Source: the human T2T-CHM13v2.0 reference genome, Homo sapiens
DNA: 64,000 bases
Assembly: GCF_009914755.1 (NCBI RefSeq)
Contig: NC_060927.1
Reading direction: 5' to 3' (one strand)
Each line of letters starts with the position of its first letter. The stretch's first letter is position 1. The notes below the pieces were generated by a model that saw nothing but the letters and a program-made list of their open reading frames with translations, did not search any database and had not been told where the DNA came from. Position numbers and translations under genes: made by a program. This document shows, piece by piece, positions 1-17,766 of the stretch.

Positions 1-1020
1 TGTTAACATCTAGAATCACCATCACTCCAATAGGATAGACAGAGGAAATGACAGAGTCACTCATCTAACTTGTGCTGAGTCATAAGTTTTCTCCCCATCC
101 TCTTTTTAATGAAGTGGTTTAGTTCAACCTGCATAAATTAAATGGACTTCCCTGAAGTCAGAGCTTTACACTTAACACAAATTTTCATCTGTCCATAAAA
201 AAGTAATCAGTCTCATTCCCCCTTTTCTCTAAATGAAATGTTAGGTCGAATCAGCCCTGAGGTACAAAAACACATCATGTAGCAGTATTCTGCTGTATAA
301 GAATGTCTCCTCTTCCCTGAATGTGTATTAACCAAGGGGTCAGGTGCTGGTGGTCCTTGCTGCTGCTACAGCATCTAATACCGCTGGTTTTATTTCCAGC
401 ACCACGTGGGAGTTGGCAGTAACAGTCATGCACAAAAAAGCTGGTCCTGGAGTTGTGTTCATTGAGATTTCCAGGGTTGGATGGCAGAGAGAGCCTGAGT
501 GGAGACTGACAAATGCAGGAGGCCCAAAAATCAAGGAAGAAAAGAATTTTAATCTTCACACTTATATAGGGCAGCCCATTTTAAAATGGGCCCCATGCAA
601 TCAAGATTAATGATTATTAGTTTTTAGAGACTACTAATTTCAATTACGGAGGAAGAATAAGTTTGTAAGACTTATTCATCTTCGATAATAGAATATATTT
701 TAAGTGATGTTACTTATAATTAAGTGGTTAGTAAGTCAAATGTGTGCACCTAACACAGACAAGAAGGGATGGAAGGAGCAAAAGATACCTAATATTCATG
801 AGGCATCTGGTTACACTAAATATGCATGAGACTTACAAGGCACTAAATATACAGAGGCACTAAGAACACATGAGCACGTAACATACATGAGGCCTTAGCT
901 CGGCTCCCCGTTGAAGATAACCTATTCTAGCCTCATGTGTCTTCTGCCCAAGAGATAAAACAGAAATTAGCCAGCTGTTCATCCAGCTAATTGGCAAACC
1001 GCAGTACAGACCAGGCGTAC

Positions 1021-1380
1021 TTGTCCCTGAGTCTCTTTGATAAAGCTAGTGTGTGCCACTGGCCCAGGGCGCCTTTGTCTGTGAGTCTCTTGCTTGAAGT
1101 TCAACTCCAGTCCTTGTAGATGCATCGTCAGTCATGAAAGCTGACACTGTACAGAGAGATAGGACATTTGGACATTGCGAAGCCCAGGACTCAGGTAGTG
1201 TGGTCCTTCCATCCTGCCTGCACTCTCTGTGAAGTGTGTTAATGGATCCCATCTTTTTCCCCTTGCTTCTAGCTGTGTCTTTCAATTGATTTAACGGGCA
1301 GTATGATTTGGGCATTTAAAGGGGGGTGGTATTCGAGCCACAATCCAATCTCGTCCAGTCTATTCAGTGGGCCACACTCA
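1021..1380 (-). other. Candidate alternative (truncating) exon of ARHGEF3
   Basis: Strong acceptor ttcttctctgtcatcaacttcttcctcttcacag| at 1381; moderate donor CAA|GTACGC at 1020; non-repetitive sequence. Confidence 0.4.
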
Positions 1381-2095
1381 CTGTGAAGAGGAAGAAGTTG
1401 ATGACAGAGAAGAAAATCCAATAACAGGACTTTTACCAACCTCCACGCAAGAGGCTTCAATTCCCATTCCCAGATTCAGACACAGGCAGAAAGAGAAATA
1501 AACCTAACACGGAGGAAAGAAAGGGAAGTTTCGGCTTCAGAAAAGGAGGATTTTCTAAATAGGTATGTTCCCTCAGTTCTCGACATCACCATCTCCTCTC
1601 ATGCTTTCAAATACATAAGGCTCTTTTGGAGGTAGCAAGATCACTACCATGACATTTTTGTGTGTGTAATAAAGGCTACATTTGATTAAAATTAAAAATA
1701 AAAATTTCAATGAACAGTCATCAATACGACTAACCACAAAACAATACTGAGACTGATTCTTGGACCACCTTCTGTTTAAAACCCCTGACTGAACCCCAAT
1801 ACTTCCCAACAGTCTAGAAATGGCTTAAGAACACAATTTTCTAGGACCTGCTATTATTTTGATTCATCCCGAGGACTATTATGTTTTATGTCTTGCTGAA
1901 TAGCTTGCCAAACAGGCTGTTCTTGCTCCCAGAAGAGATTGTCCAGGTTGAAAAAAAATCAATAACTAAATGGACTGCTTCTAACCAAAGATGAAAGAAG
2001 AGGAGTTAGGAGTTTTGCCCACATGGAGTCAGACAGGAAAAAATGGAATCAGGATGATTACCTTTTATGATAGGAGGACAGATAGGGAAGAATTT

Positions 2096-2568
2096 TGTAG
2101 GCAGGAATTATTTGTATCTGCTCCAGTGCCTCCTTCTCCTTCTAGAAACTGCCCCTTCTCCCCCATTGTTACTATGGTTACCATAGGAGTCACCATGGTG
2201 GTACAGCATAATCCCACTCCCTGGCCACTGCTGATTGGTCCAAGAGTATCCACTTGATCCAAGTTGGACCAATCAGAATCCCTCCCTAGTAATTCTGGCT
2301 CTGAGAGAGAGAGAAGGCTGTCTCTCTGTAGATGGCTGTGTTTCAACTGTACTGAGAAATGAAAAAAGTCAGTTGGCCAAGCAAAAGTGCTAAGAGCAGA
2401 GAGGAGTCAAGAATCCTCATGGGCTTCCAGTGCCTGGTTCAAGGTACTTCTGAGCCTCCACTGCATTCCACGAAATACTTCCCATACCCCTGTACCTTTA
2501 AAAACTCTCCTTAAGCTAATTTGAGTTGAATTCCTGTCACTTGCAACTAGGATTTTGTAATTAACCCA
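2096..2568 (+). mobile_element. ERVL solo LTR, LTR33/LTR16-group
   Basis: ctgattggtcc...ggaccaatcagaatcc core and 3' end ttaagctaatttgagttgaattcctgtcacttgcaac. Confidence 0.6.
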
Positions 2569-3484
2569 GAAGGCCAAAGTAAAAGCATATTTTACCCTGC
2601 ATAACTCTGGAACCAAAAAGGGACTAAGCAAGGACTAATCAAAACGATAACTATATAAAATAAACAGGCATCTAGAAACTCAAAAATGCAAATCTGCTCA
2701 ACTGGCACACAAGCCTACTGTTAACTCCCACAGACCTCACATATGGCCAGAAAAAGAAACGGCTTTGAATCTAAGAATGAGCTCCAATGTTCCTGGCATA
2801 TTTTTGGTGTCAGCAGGTTGAAGATGACATGAGCTTTCCCTCACAGGTGTCAGGATCTATACAGCCTGGCTTCTCTACTGCCTGAAGGGAAATGAGACAA
2901 GCAGGACTAAGTGGAAACCCAGGTATGGTCGGTTTTGCCTTTATGAGGGGGCAGCTCACATTTAAAAAAAAAAGCATCTGTTAAATACTTATCTTTAGAA
3001 AACAGTCATCTCAGGAATAAAGGAACCCTAGTTATATGGAGCTAATATTTTCTGCGCTTACCTACATGAGAGACATTCTTCGGGTCACTTTACACACATA
3101 ATTACTAAGTCTCTGGTTTTCAGAAAATGGCATTATTTTCCATACCTATTTTGCAGATAAGAGACCCGATGCTCTGAAATGTGTCTGAAGCCCCCAATCT
3201 GGCATTCTGACCCCAAAGCATATACCTTTTCACCATCTAAGCATTTGTTATGGCTGCCAAGCACTGTCCACCAAACTCAGACTCTGGGCTGACCAATAAA
3301 ACTGCTAACCCCAAGGGCGCATGGAAGTAGCCTCTAGACTGACTCTCAGAGAGGTGGGGAGAACTGGGAGAGGAGGTGGGGGCAAACATCTTGAAGCACT
3401 GCAGAGCACACCACAGCATGTGCCAGCCCCTTCTGTGTACCCAGATTTCATCAGTCCCCAGAGGCTTAGCCACAGCACATGTTC

Positions 3485-3773
<289 letters not shown>

Positions 3774-4194
3774 CACAGAACATGTTCAATGAAACACCCC
3801 GATGTGTTCTAAGACCTGAAACTTTTAATATAAGCCTCCTGTTGCTTGTGGAAGATTGTGATTGTGGAAGGAGTTCTTTTTTAATTATTCTACGTGTATT
3901 ATTTTGCTAATTATAAAGGCAATACACACTCTCTTTAAAAAATTCAGACTTTATAAAAAATATGTAACTAACACAACAACAGTTCTCTGGGACTTCATCT
4001 ACTCCATATTGTTGTTCATCAGTGACGAGACTTCTTTCTATGTATATATTAATATATTTTTTCCCCGTAAGAAGGGATCACTTTAGTTTTTATGGTTTTA
4101 ATGTGCTTTTCTTTAGTTATGGTTTAAATCCTATAAATATATGCTTTACATTATATGCCTCTGCATCAATTGCACTTGTTACAATCATCACATT

Positions 4195-4425
4195 GTTGAG
4201 AACACAGGCTCTGAAACCAGACTGACTGGGTTCAAAAGCTACATCCACTACTTAATTGCTGTGGGTCTTTGGGGATGATTCTGGTAGAAGTTTTCCCATT
4301 TGAAAACTGGGGATAATAATAATATTGACTAAATAGTGCTGTAGGGGAATGTGATTACTTGCAAAGTACTAGGAGCAGTAGCTAGCACATTCCAAAGGCT
4401 AACAAATGAAATACATTATTATTGC
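4195..4425 (+). mobile_element. MIR
   Basis: ggctctgaaaccagactgactgggttcaaa...ttgaaaactggggataataat MIR core. Confidence 0.6.
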
Positions 4426-5897
4426 TATTGTTTTTATTACAAGGATCTCTCATTTTACTGCACTTGGCTTTATTGCACTTTGCAGGTGCCACAAACTGAA
4501 GGTTTGTGGTAAAACTGCATTGAGCAAATCTATCAGTGCCATTTTTTCCAACAGTATGTGCTCAATTTGCATCTCTGCATCACATTTTGTTCACTCAAAA
4601 TTCAATAGTTCAAACTTTTTCATTATTACATATCTGTTACGGTGATGTCTGACCAGTCATCTTTGATGTTACTATTGTAATTGTTTTGGGGTGCCACGAA
4701 CCATCCTCATATAAGATGGTGAGCTTAATCAATAAATGTGTGTGTTCTGACTGCTCTATCAACCAACCATCCCATCTCTCTCCCTCTCCTCAGGCTTCCC
4801 TATTCCCTGAGACACACTAATATTGAAATTAGGCCATTCAATAACCCTAGAATGGTCTCTAAGTGTTAAAGTGAAAGGAAGAGTTGCCTATCTCTCACTT
4901 TAAGTCAAAAGCTAGAAATGATTAAGCTTAGTGAGGAAGGCATGTCCAAAGTTGAGGCAGGCTGAAAGTTAGGCCTATTGTACCCAACAGCCGAGTTGTA
5001 AGTGCAAAGGAAAAGTTCTTGAAGGAAATTGAAAGTGCTACTCCAGTGAACACATAAAAAGATAAGAAAGCAAAACAGCCTTATCGCTAATAGGGGGAAA
5101 GTTTGAGTGGTGTGGATAAAAGATCAAACCAGCCACAACATTCCTCTAAGCCAAAGCCTAATCCAGAGCAAGGCCCTAACTCTCTTCAATTCTATGAAGG
5201 TGAGAGGAAGATGCAGAAGAAAAGTTTGAAGCTAACAGAGGTTGGTTAGTTCATGAGGTTTAAGGAAAGAAGCTGTCTTCATAACATAAAAGTGCAAGAT
5301 GAAGCAGCAAGTCCTGATGTAGAAGCTGCAGCAAGCTATCCAGAAGATCTGGCTATGATAATCGACAAAGGTGGTGACACTAAACAACAGATTTTCAATG
5401 TAGATGAAAAAGCCTTATCTTGAAGAAGATGCCAGCTAGAGCTTTCCTAGCTAGAGAGAAGTCAATGCTTGGCTTCAAAGCTTCAAAGGACAGAATGACT
5501 TTCTTATTAGGAGCTAAGGCAGTTGGTGACTTTAAGTTGAAGCCAATGCTCATTGACCATTCTGAAAATCCCAGGGCTCTTAAGAATGATGCTAAATCTA
5601 CTTTGCCTGTGCTCTATAAAGGGAACAACAAAGCCTGGATGGCAGCACATCTGTTTGCAGGATGACTTACTGAATATTTTAAGCCCACTCTTGAGACTTA
5701 CCGCTCAGAAAAAAAGATTACTTTTAAAATATTACTGCTCACTGACAATGCATCTGGTCACCCGAGAGCTTCGATAGAGCTCTACAAGGAGATTAATGCT
5801 GTTTTCATGCCTGCTAACTCAACATCAATTCTGCAGCCCATGGATAGAGGAGTCATTTTGACTTTCAAGTTTGTTATTTAAAAAATACATCTCTTTA

Positions 5898-6476
<579 letters not shown>

Positions 6477-6787
6477 TTAAGGCCATAGGTGCCATAGACA
6501 GTGTTTCCTCTGGTGGCTGTGGGCAAAGTAAATTGAAAATCTTCTGTAAAGGATTCACCATTCTAGATGCCATTAAGAACATTCACAATTCATGGACAGA
6601 GGTCAAAATTCCAACATTAACAGGACTTTGGAAGAAGCTGATTCCAACCCTCATGGATGACATTGAGGGGTTTAAGACTTCCGTGTTGGAAGTCACTGCA
6701 GATGTGGTGAAAATAGCAAGAGAACTAGAATTAGAAGTAGAGCCTGAAAATGTGACTGAATTGCTGCAGTCTCATGATAAAGCTTGA

Positions 6788-7142
<355 letters not shown>

Positions 7143-8434
7143 AAAAAGTAGTTTCTTGAGATAGAATCTACTTGTGGCAAAGATGCTGTGAACATTCCTG
7201 AAATGATAACAAAGGATTTAGGATATTCCATAAACTGAATTGATAAAGCAAGCTGCAGGATCTGAGAGGAATGACTGCAATTTTGGAAGTTCTCCTATGG
7301 GTTAAATGCATCATATTCTACAGGAAATCTTTCATGAAAGGAAAGAGTCAATCAATGCAGCAAATGTCATTGTTATCTTATTTTAAGAAATTGCCAGGGG
7401 TGGAGCCAAGATGGCTGAATAGGAACAGCTCCAGTCTACAGCTCCCAGCATGAGTGATGCAGAAGACGGGTGATTTCTGCGTTTCCAACTGAGGTACTGG
7501 GTTCATCTCACTGGGGAGTGTTGGAAAGTGGGTGCAGGACAGTGGATGCAGTTCACCGAGCGTGAGCCGAAGCAGGGTGAGGCATTGCCTCACCCGGGAA
7601 GTGCAAGGGGTCAGGGAATTCCCTTTCCTAGTAAAAGAAAGGGGTGACAGATGGCACCTGGAAAATTGGGTCACTCCCACCCTAATACTGAGCTTTTCCA
7701 ACGGTCTTAGCAAATGGCACACCAGGAGATTATATCCTGTGCCTGGCTTGGAGGGTCCTACGCCCACAGAGACTCGCTCATTGCTAGCACAGCAGTCTGA
7801 GATCAAACTGCAAGGCAGCTGCAAGGCAGCAGCAAGGCTGGAGGAGGGGCGCCTGCCATTGCTGATGCTTGAGTAGGTAAACAAAGCAGCCAGGAAGCTC
7901 GAACTGGGTGGAGCCCACCACAGCTCAAGGACACCTGCCTGCCTCTGTAGACTCCACCTCTAGGGGCAGGGCATAGCCAAATAAAAGGCAGCAGAATCCT
8001 CTGCAGACTTAAATGTCCCTGTCTGACAGCTTTGAAGAGAGTAGTGGTTCTCCCAGCATGCAGCTGGAGATCTGAGAATGGACAGACTGCCTCCTCAAGT
8101 GGGTCCCTGACCCCCGAGTAACCTAACTGGGAGGCACCCCCCAGTACGGGCAGACTGACACCTCACACGGCCGGGTACTCCTCTCAGACAAAACTTCCAG
8201 AGGAACGATCAGGCAGCAGCATTTGCTGTTCACCAATATCTGCTGTTCTGCAGCCTCCATTGCTGATACCCAGGCAAACAGGGTCTGGAGTGGACCTCCA
8301 GCAAACTCCAACAGACCCGCAGCTGAGGGTCCTGACTGTTAGAAGCAAAACTAACAAACAGAAAGGACATCCACACCAAAACCCCATCTGTACGTCACCA
8401 TCATCAAAGACCAAAGGTAGATAAAACCACAAAG

Positions 8435-9450
8435 ATGGGGAAAAAACAGAGCAGAAAATCTAGAAACTCTAAAAATCAGAGTGCCTCTCCTCCTCCAAAG
8501 GAATACAGCTCCTCACCAGCAATGGAACAAAGCTGGATGGAGAATGACTTTGACGAGTTGAGAGAAGAAGGCTTCAGAAGATCAAACTACTCCAAACTAA
8601 AGGAGGAAGTTCAAACCCATGGCAAAGAAGTTAAAAACCTTGAAAAAAAATTAGACAAATGGCTAACTAGAATAACCAATGCAGAGAAGTCCTTAAAGGA
8701 CTGATGGAGCTGAAAACAAAGGCATGAGAACTACGTGATGAATGCACTAGCCTCAGCAGCCGATTCGATCAACTGGAAGAAAGGGTATCAGTGATGGAAC
8801 ATCAAATGAATGAAATGAAGCGAGAAGAAAAGTTTAGAGAAAAAAGAATAAAAAGAAACGAACAAAGCCTCCAAGAAATATGGGAGTATGTGAAAAGACC
8901 AATTCTACGTCTGGTTGGTGTACCTGAAAGTGATGGGGAGAATGGAACCAAGTTGAAAAACACTCTGCAGGATATTATCCAGGAGAACTTCCCCAATCTA
9001 GCAAGGCAGGCCAACATTCAAATTCAGGAAACACAGACAATGTCACAAAGATACTCCTCGAGAAGAGCAACTCCAAGACACATAATTGTAAGATTCACCA
9101 AAGTTGAAATGAAGGAAAAAATGTTAAGGGCAGCCAGAGAGAAAGGTCAGGTTACCCACAAAGGGAAGCCCATCAGACTAACAGCTGATCTCTCCTCAGA
9201 AACTCTACAAGCCAGAAGAGAGTGGGGGCCAATATTCGACATTCTTAAAGAAGAGAATTTCCAACCCAGAATTTCATATCCAGCCAAACTAAGCTTCAGA
9301 AGTGAAGGAGAAATAAAATCCTTAACAGACAAGCAAATGCTGAGAGATTTTGTCACCACCAGGCCTGCCCTAAAACAGCTCCTGAAGGAAGCACTAAATA
9401 TGGAAAGGAACAACCGGTACCAGCCACTGCAAAAACATGCCAAATTGTAA
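8435..9450 (+). pseudogene. L1 ORF1 (RNA-binding protein), disrupted
   Basis: MGKKQSRK... start; 1-bp deletion near 8701 and TGA at 8725; C-terminal 219 aa open to the native stop. Confidence 0.93.
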
Positions 9451-9498
9451 AGACCATCGAGGCTAGGAAGAAACTGCATCAACTAACAAGCAAAATAA

Positions 9499-13338
<3,840 letters not shown>

Positions 13339-14124
13339 ACAATGAGAACACATGGACACAGGAAGGGGAACATCACACACCGGGGCCTGTTGTGCGGTGG
13401 GGGGAGGGGGGATGGATAGCATTAGGAGATATACCTATGTTAAATGACAAGTTAATGGGTGCAGCACACCAACATGGCACATGTATACATATGTAACTAA
13501 CCTGCACGTTGTGCACATGTACCCTAAAACTTAAAGTATAAAAAAAAAAAGAAAGGAAAGAAAAAAAAGAAAGAAATTGCCACAGCCACCCCAGCCTTCA
13601 GTAACCACCACCCTGATCCATCAGCAGCCATCATCATTGAGGCAAGATGATCATTAGCATTTTTTGCATTGAAGTATTTTTAAATTAAGATATATATATT
13701 TTAGACATAATGCTATTACACACTTAATAGACTACAGTATAGTGTAAACATAACTTTTATATGCACTGGGAAACCAAAACATCCATGTAACTCACTTTAT
13801 TGCCCTATTGACTTCATTGTGGTGGTCTGGAACTGAACCAGCAATGTCTCTGGGGTGTGCCTGCACTTTCATAATTTAAAAATATTTGTATATTATTAGT
13901 TAGAATGCACAATTTGACTCGGATTACTGGTCATATGTATTTTCTCTTCTATGCTGCCTATTCTGATCCATTAACTGTTTTCCTATTAGATTTTCAAATT
14001 TGTGTTACTGTTTTCCAAGAGTCCTCTGTATGTTAGAGGTTAGTATGAGGTGAATATTGCAAATATTCTCCCCACTTGCAAATAATTTCATACAAAAGAA
14101 AAGTTCCAAACAGATGCTGGCCAA

Positions 14125-14945
14125 GAACATGTGCTTTGGAATGAGGTGAGGTCAGGTTCGAATCCTAGCTTCACCACTTACCTGTTGTGTGACTCTAGGC
14201 AAGTTATTCCCTTCTCTAAACCTCTGTGTGGTAGGCAAAATTCTAAGATGGTCCCCAAGATTCCCATCCTCTAGTGTATACACCTTGTATAATCCTCTCC
14301 CCTTGGGTGCAATCAGAACCTAGTAATGTCATGGGATATCACCCCCATGATTGGGTAACTAATCATTGGCTTTTAGATCATCAAGAGAGAGATCATCTGA
14401 GTGGGCCTAATTTAGTCTGAGGAGCCCTTAAAAGGAATTTGGCTCTTCCTCAAGTCAGAGACATCTGAAGCATGAATGGATGTGGTGTGAGGGAGATTCT
14501 CCATTGCTGACTTTGAAGATGACATGGCAAGCTCTCTGACAGCGACCCCAAGCTGACAGCCAGCAAGGAAATGAGAACCTCCTGACAACCACAAGGAACT
14601 GAATTCTTCCAACAGCCCAAATGAACTTGGAAGAAGACCCCAGGCCTCAGATGAAACTCTAGCCCTGACTGACAGCTTGATTTCAGTCTCAGGAGATCTT
14701 GGGCAGAGAACTCACTTACACCATGCCCTAACTTCTAATCCACAGAACTCCAAGCTAGTGAACAACTGCTGTTTAAGCTGCTAAATTTATAATAATTTGT
14801 TACTCAGCAGTAGAATATTAAGGTACTGTATTTTCTCATTTATAAAATGAAGATGAGGCTGAAACTATACCCACCTCTTAAGATTTTTCTGAGAAGTAAT
14901 ATATGCGTAAAATGCTCAACACAGTGCCAGGTAAAATGTAAGTGA
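14125..14945 (+). mobile_element. MIR split by an MLT1 LTR
   Basis: ggttcgaatcctagcttcaccacttacc...aaacctctg | ttttctcatttataaaatg...acagtgccagg. Confidence 0.6.
14227..14826 (+). mobile_element. MaLR solo LTR, MLT1E/F-group
   Basis: tgtggtaggcaaaattctaagatggtccccaagattccc start; tttaagctgctaaattt...ttgttactcagcagtag end. Confidence 0.75.
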
Positions 14946-15714
14946 ATGCCAGGGGTTAGATACCTGGGATAAATGAAGTTATTGCTATTGTTTTAGTAAT
15001 TACCATTACAAAGTTGGGGTAACAAATCATTTTTTCATACATCTAGTAGGGAAGATTAAAAGGTTTAAAATAAAGTCGAAGAGAGTAGAAGGAAATCAAG
15101 GTGATGAAAAGTTTAAAAAAGATCTTTTAAAAAGTTCTTCACGTCTAACCTCCTTTGAGGACAAGTAGGTGTCATCAGCCTTGTTTTAAAGAGGTAATAT
15201 ACTCTAACGGCCTGGGAACAGAAAGTCCTGCATTCAAATGCTGACTCTGCCAATTACTACACCTGTACTTTAGGCAAATAGCAGGGGTGGGGCTCTGTTT
15301 CCCCATCTTTGGACTGGGAATACATACTATCTACCAGGCGGGACTGCCACAGCCTGGCCTGGGACTGACGTTCAGTCAACAAAAGTAAATGCACAAACTG
15401 AGCCTGCAAGAGAAGTGAAAGGCTTGCTGGCTTCTTTTGCAGTGTAGAGATGGTAAAGCCACAATACATACTGACCTGGCCTGGTGTGTTGTGAGCATTA
15501 GAGACTCTGTCACTTTACTGAGTTGTGAATTTCAGAGCAACTCTCCATCTGACCTTCAAGAAACATTTGGCTACAATGAGGTTTTGGCAACTTCCTTCTA
15601 TACACGGAGAATGGAATGGGTCAAGGCAGTGTGGAGAAGGTTGAGGACCTCTTGTCAAAAGACAAGGTTCTAGTCCTGATCTCTCCACTGTGAGTGACCC
15701 TTAGGAGTGGGCTC

Positions 15715-16254
15715 CATTATTTTCTGGCTGTCCAGGAAACAGAGTCCCTTTTGGTAACAACACCAAACTCTTTCTTTGAGCAGCTGCCCCTTCCCCACCT
15801 CAAGTGGCTCCAGTGGAGCTACCAGTTACAGAGCCCTGTCCACCTGGCTCCCTGACTATGGAGGGAGGCATGTGACCAAGGCCTGTCTAATCAAAGTACC
15901 CCATCTTCTTGACCATAGCGATTGGCCGAGGCATAGCTATGTGACCCAAGCCCAGACAATCAGAGTCCTACACTGGGATTTCATATGTGGATCCTGGAAG
16001 CAAATCTCTCTTGCCTCTGGAAATGTGTGGCCATTTATGGTCACCCTGTTCCTTCAAAAACATCCATCTGCAGTAGGAGAAGACAAACCAAGAGAGTGGC
16101 AAAGCTGAGAAAAGGAATACACCTGGAAACAGCTGTGCCTGAAGCTTACCCACCTCAGTTTCCCTCAGTCACATAAGCAACCAATTCCCTTTATACTTGA
16201 GCTAGTTTTAACTGAGTTTCTATCACTTATAACCCAGAGTCCTGACTAATATAC
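15715..16254 (+). mobile_element. ERVL solo LTR, LTR33-like
   Basis: gattggcc...gtgacccaagcccagacaatcagagtcc; end gagtttctatcacttataacccagagtcctgactaatataca. Confidence 0.65.
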
Positions 16255-17439
16255 AAGGTCTCATTTTCTTTGTCTAAATATTAAAAGGTCGGGGCTACAA
16301 TGTCCAAAGTTACTTCTAAGCCCCAGAGTCTAGAAAATCTTCTCAAATGGACTAGACAAAAGTAAAGACCAGGCACTGGAGAAGGAGACAAGACAAAAAG
16401 GGCTCTGAAATTTGGTCTGTATTTAATTAAAACCTCAGTTCTGGCACCTAAAACAATGCCTTTCACAGCAGGTCCTGGTTAAGCATTTCCTAGTTAACTT
16501 ACAGGCAATGGCAGGAGCTGTGTTCCAGAGACTTTCACAGCTCTAGGGTGTGTGTCTTCCTTGAGCCTCAGTGCCTCCACCCCACCCCAACAGGAGGAGC
16601 TGCAGCAAATATTTTCACAAGGAAGGGTGGAAATTCTGGACTCTGAGCTCAGCACTGCCCCAACCAGATGGGAGCAGATGTGCAGTGAGTACCTGATGGA
16701 GAAGCTGCCTCACAGCGAGACACCCCCCAGGGTTCCTCCTCTCTCAGCCTTCTCATTCCTCCCATTCTGTGAGGTTTTCTCCTACTGTTCCTTCCATGTC
16801 CACTCCACCCTAAACCATCCTCTCTGCTTCTCTTGGTGAATGCATCTGCAGCACCTATGGGTCTGGTAAGTGGTGGGCACAGTGCCACACCTTGCTCAGG
16901 AGGGTGGGAAAGTCCTGGAGGGTTGGTAACACCCAGGGCCTCTGTCTCCTTAGACAAGCATGGGAACTGAAGGGCAGAATGCACCCTGCAATTAATGAAG
17001 ATGACAATCCGGGAAAGGGCTAAACCACTTGGTAAGGAGAGGGGATATGTAATATGAGTGTCAATAGCCTTTTCTGAGCCTCTCTACAGCCAAACACTCC
17101 AGCATAAAAAAGGAAAAACACAAATGCAACTCCTAATGTCTGAGGACTAATGGAGGTCTGCAGGGAATGTTTCCAGGGAAAACAAAGACGGGGGTGCAAT
17201 ACAACTCACTCAGCAAGACTTTCTTTAAAGTTATTTTGAAATCTCTCTTCTCCCAAAAAGTCTGCTCCTCAGCCACCCAGATCTTGCCTACCAGCTTCTC
17301 CCACTGTACCTCTCCTCGAGAGCAATATGGTTCCTTCTTCTCTTGCCTTTTCCAAACCATTTCTCACCATCACCTCGTCCCCCACCCCATCCCCTTAAAT
17401 TCACAAGTGCCTAGGACATTGGTGAACAAACACTGATCC

Positions 17440-17766
17440 TTTTTCTTTTTTTTTTTTTTCTTTTCTTTTTTTTTCTTGAGACAAGGTCTCTCTTTGTTGC
17501 CCAAGCTAGAGTGCAGAGGTGCAACCATCGCTCCCTGCAGGCTTAAACTCCTGGGCTCAAGTGATCCTCCCACCTCAGCTTCCCTGGTAGCTTGGACTAC
17601 AGGAATAGGTCATCACGCCCAGCTAATTTTGGGGTTTGTTTCTGTTTTCAGAGACAGGGTCCTGCTTTGTTGCCCAGGCTGGTCTTGAACTCCTGGGCTC
17701 AAGTGATTCTCCTGCCTCAGCCTCCCAAAGTGCTGGGATTACAGGCATGAGCCACTGCGCCCGGCC
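17440..17766 (-). mobile_element. AluJ
   Basis: J-type diagnostics (ctcctgggctcaagtgatcctccc); TSD-like gatcc(c)ttttct. Confidence 0.9.

Noticed and set aside
1046-1315. 89-aa minus-strand ORF inside the candidate exon
   Set aside because: Weak start context, no recognisable homology, and downstream of a stop in the predicted spliced form
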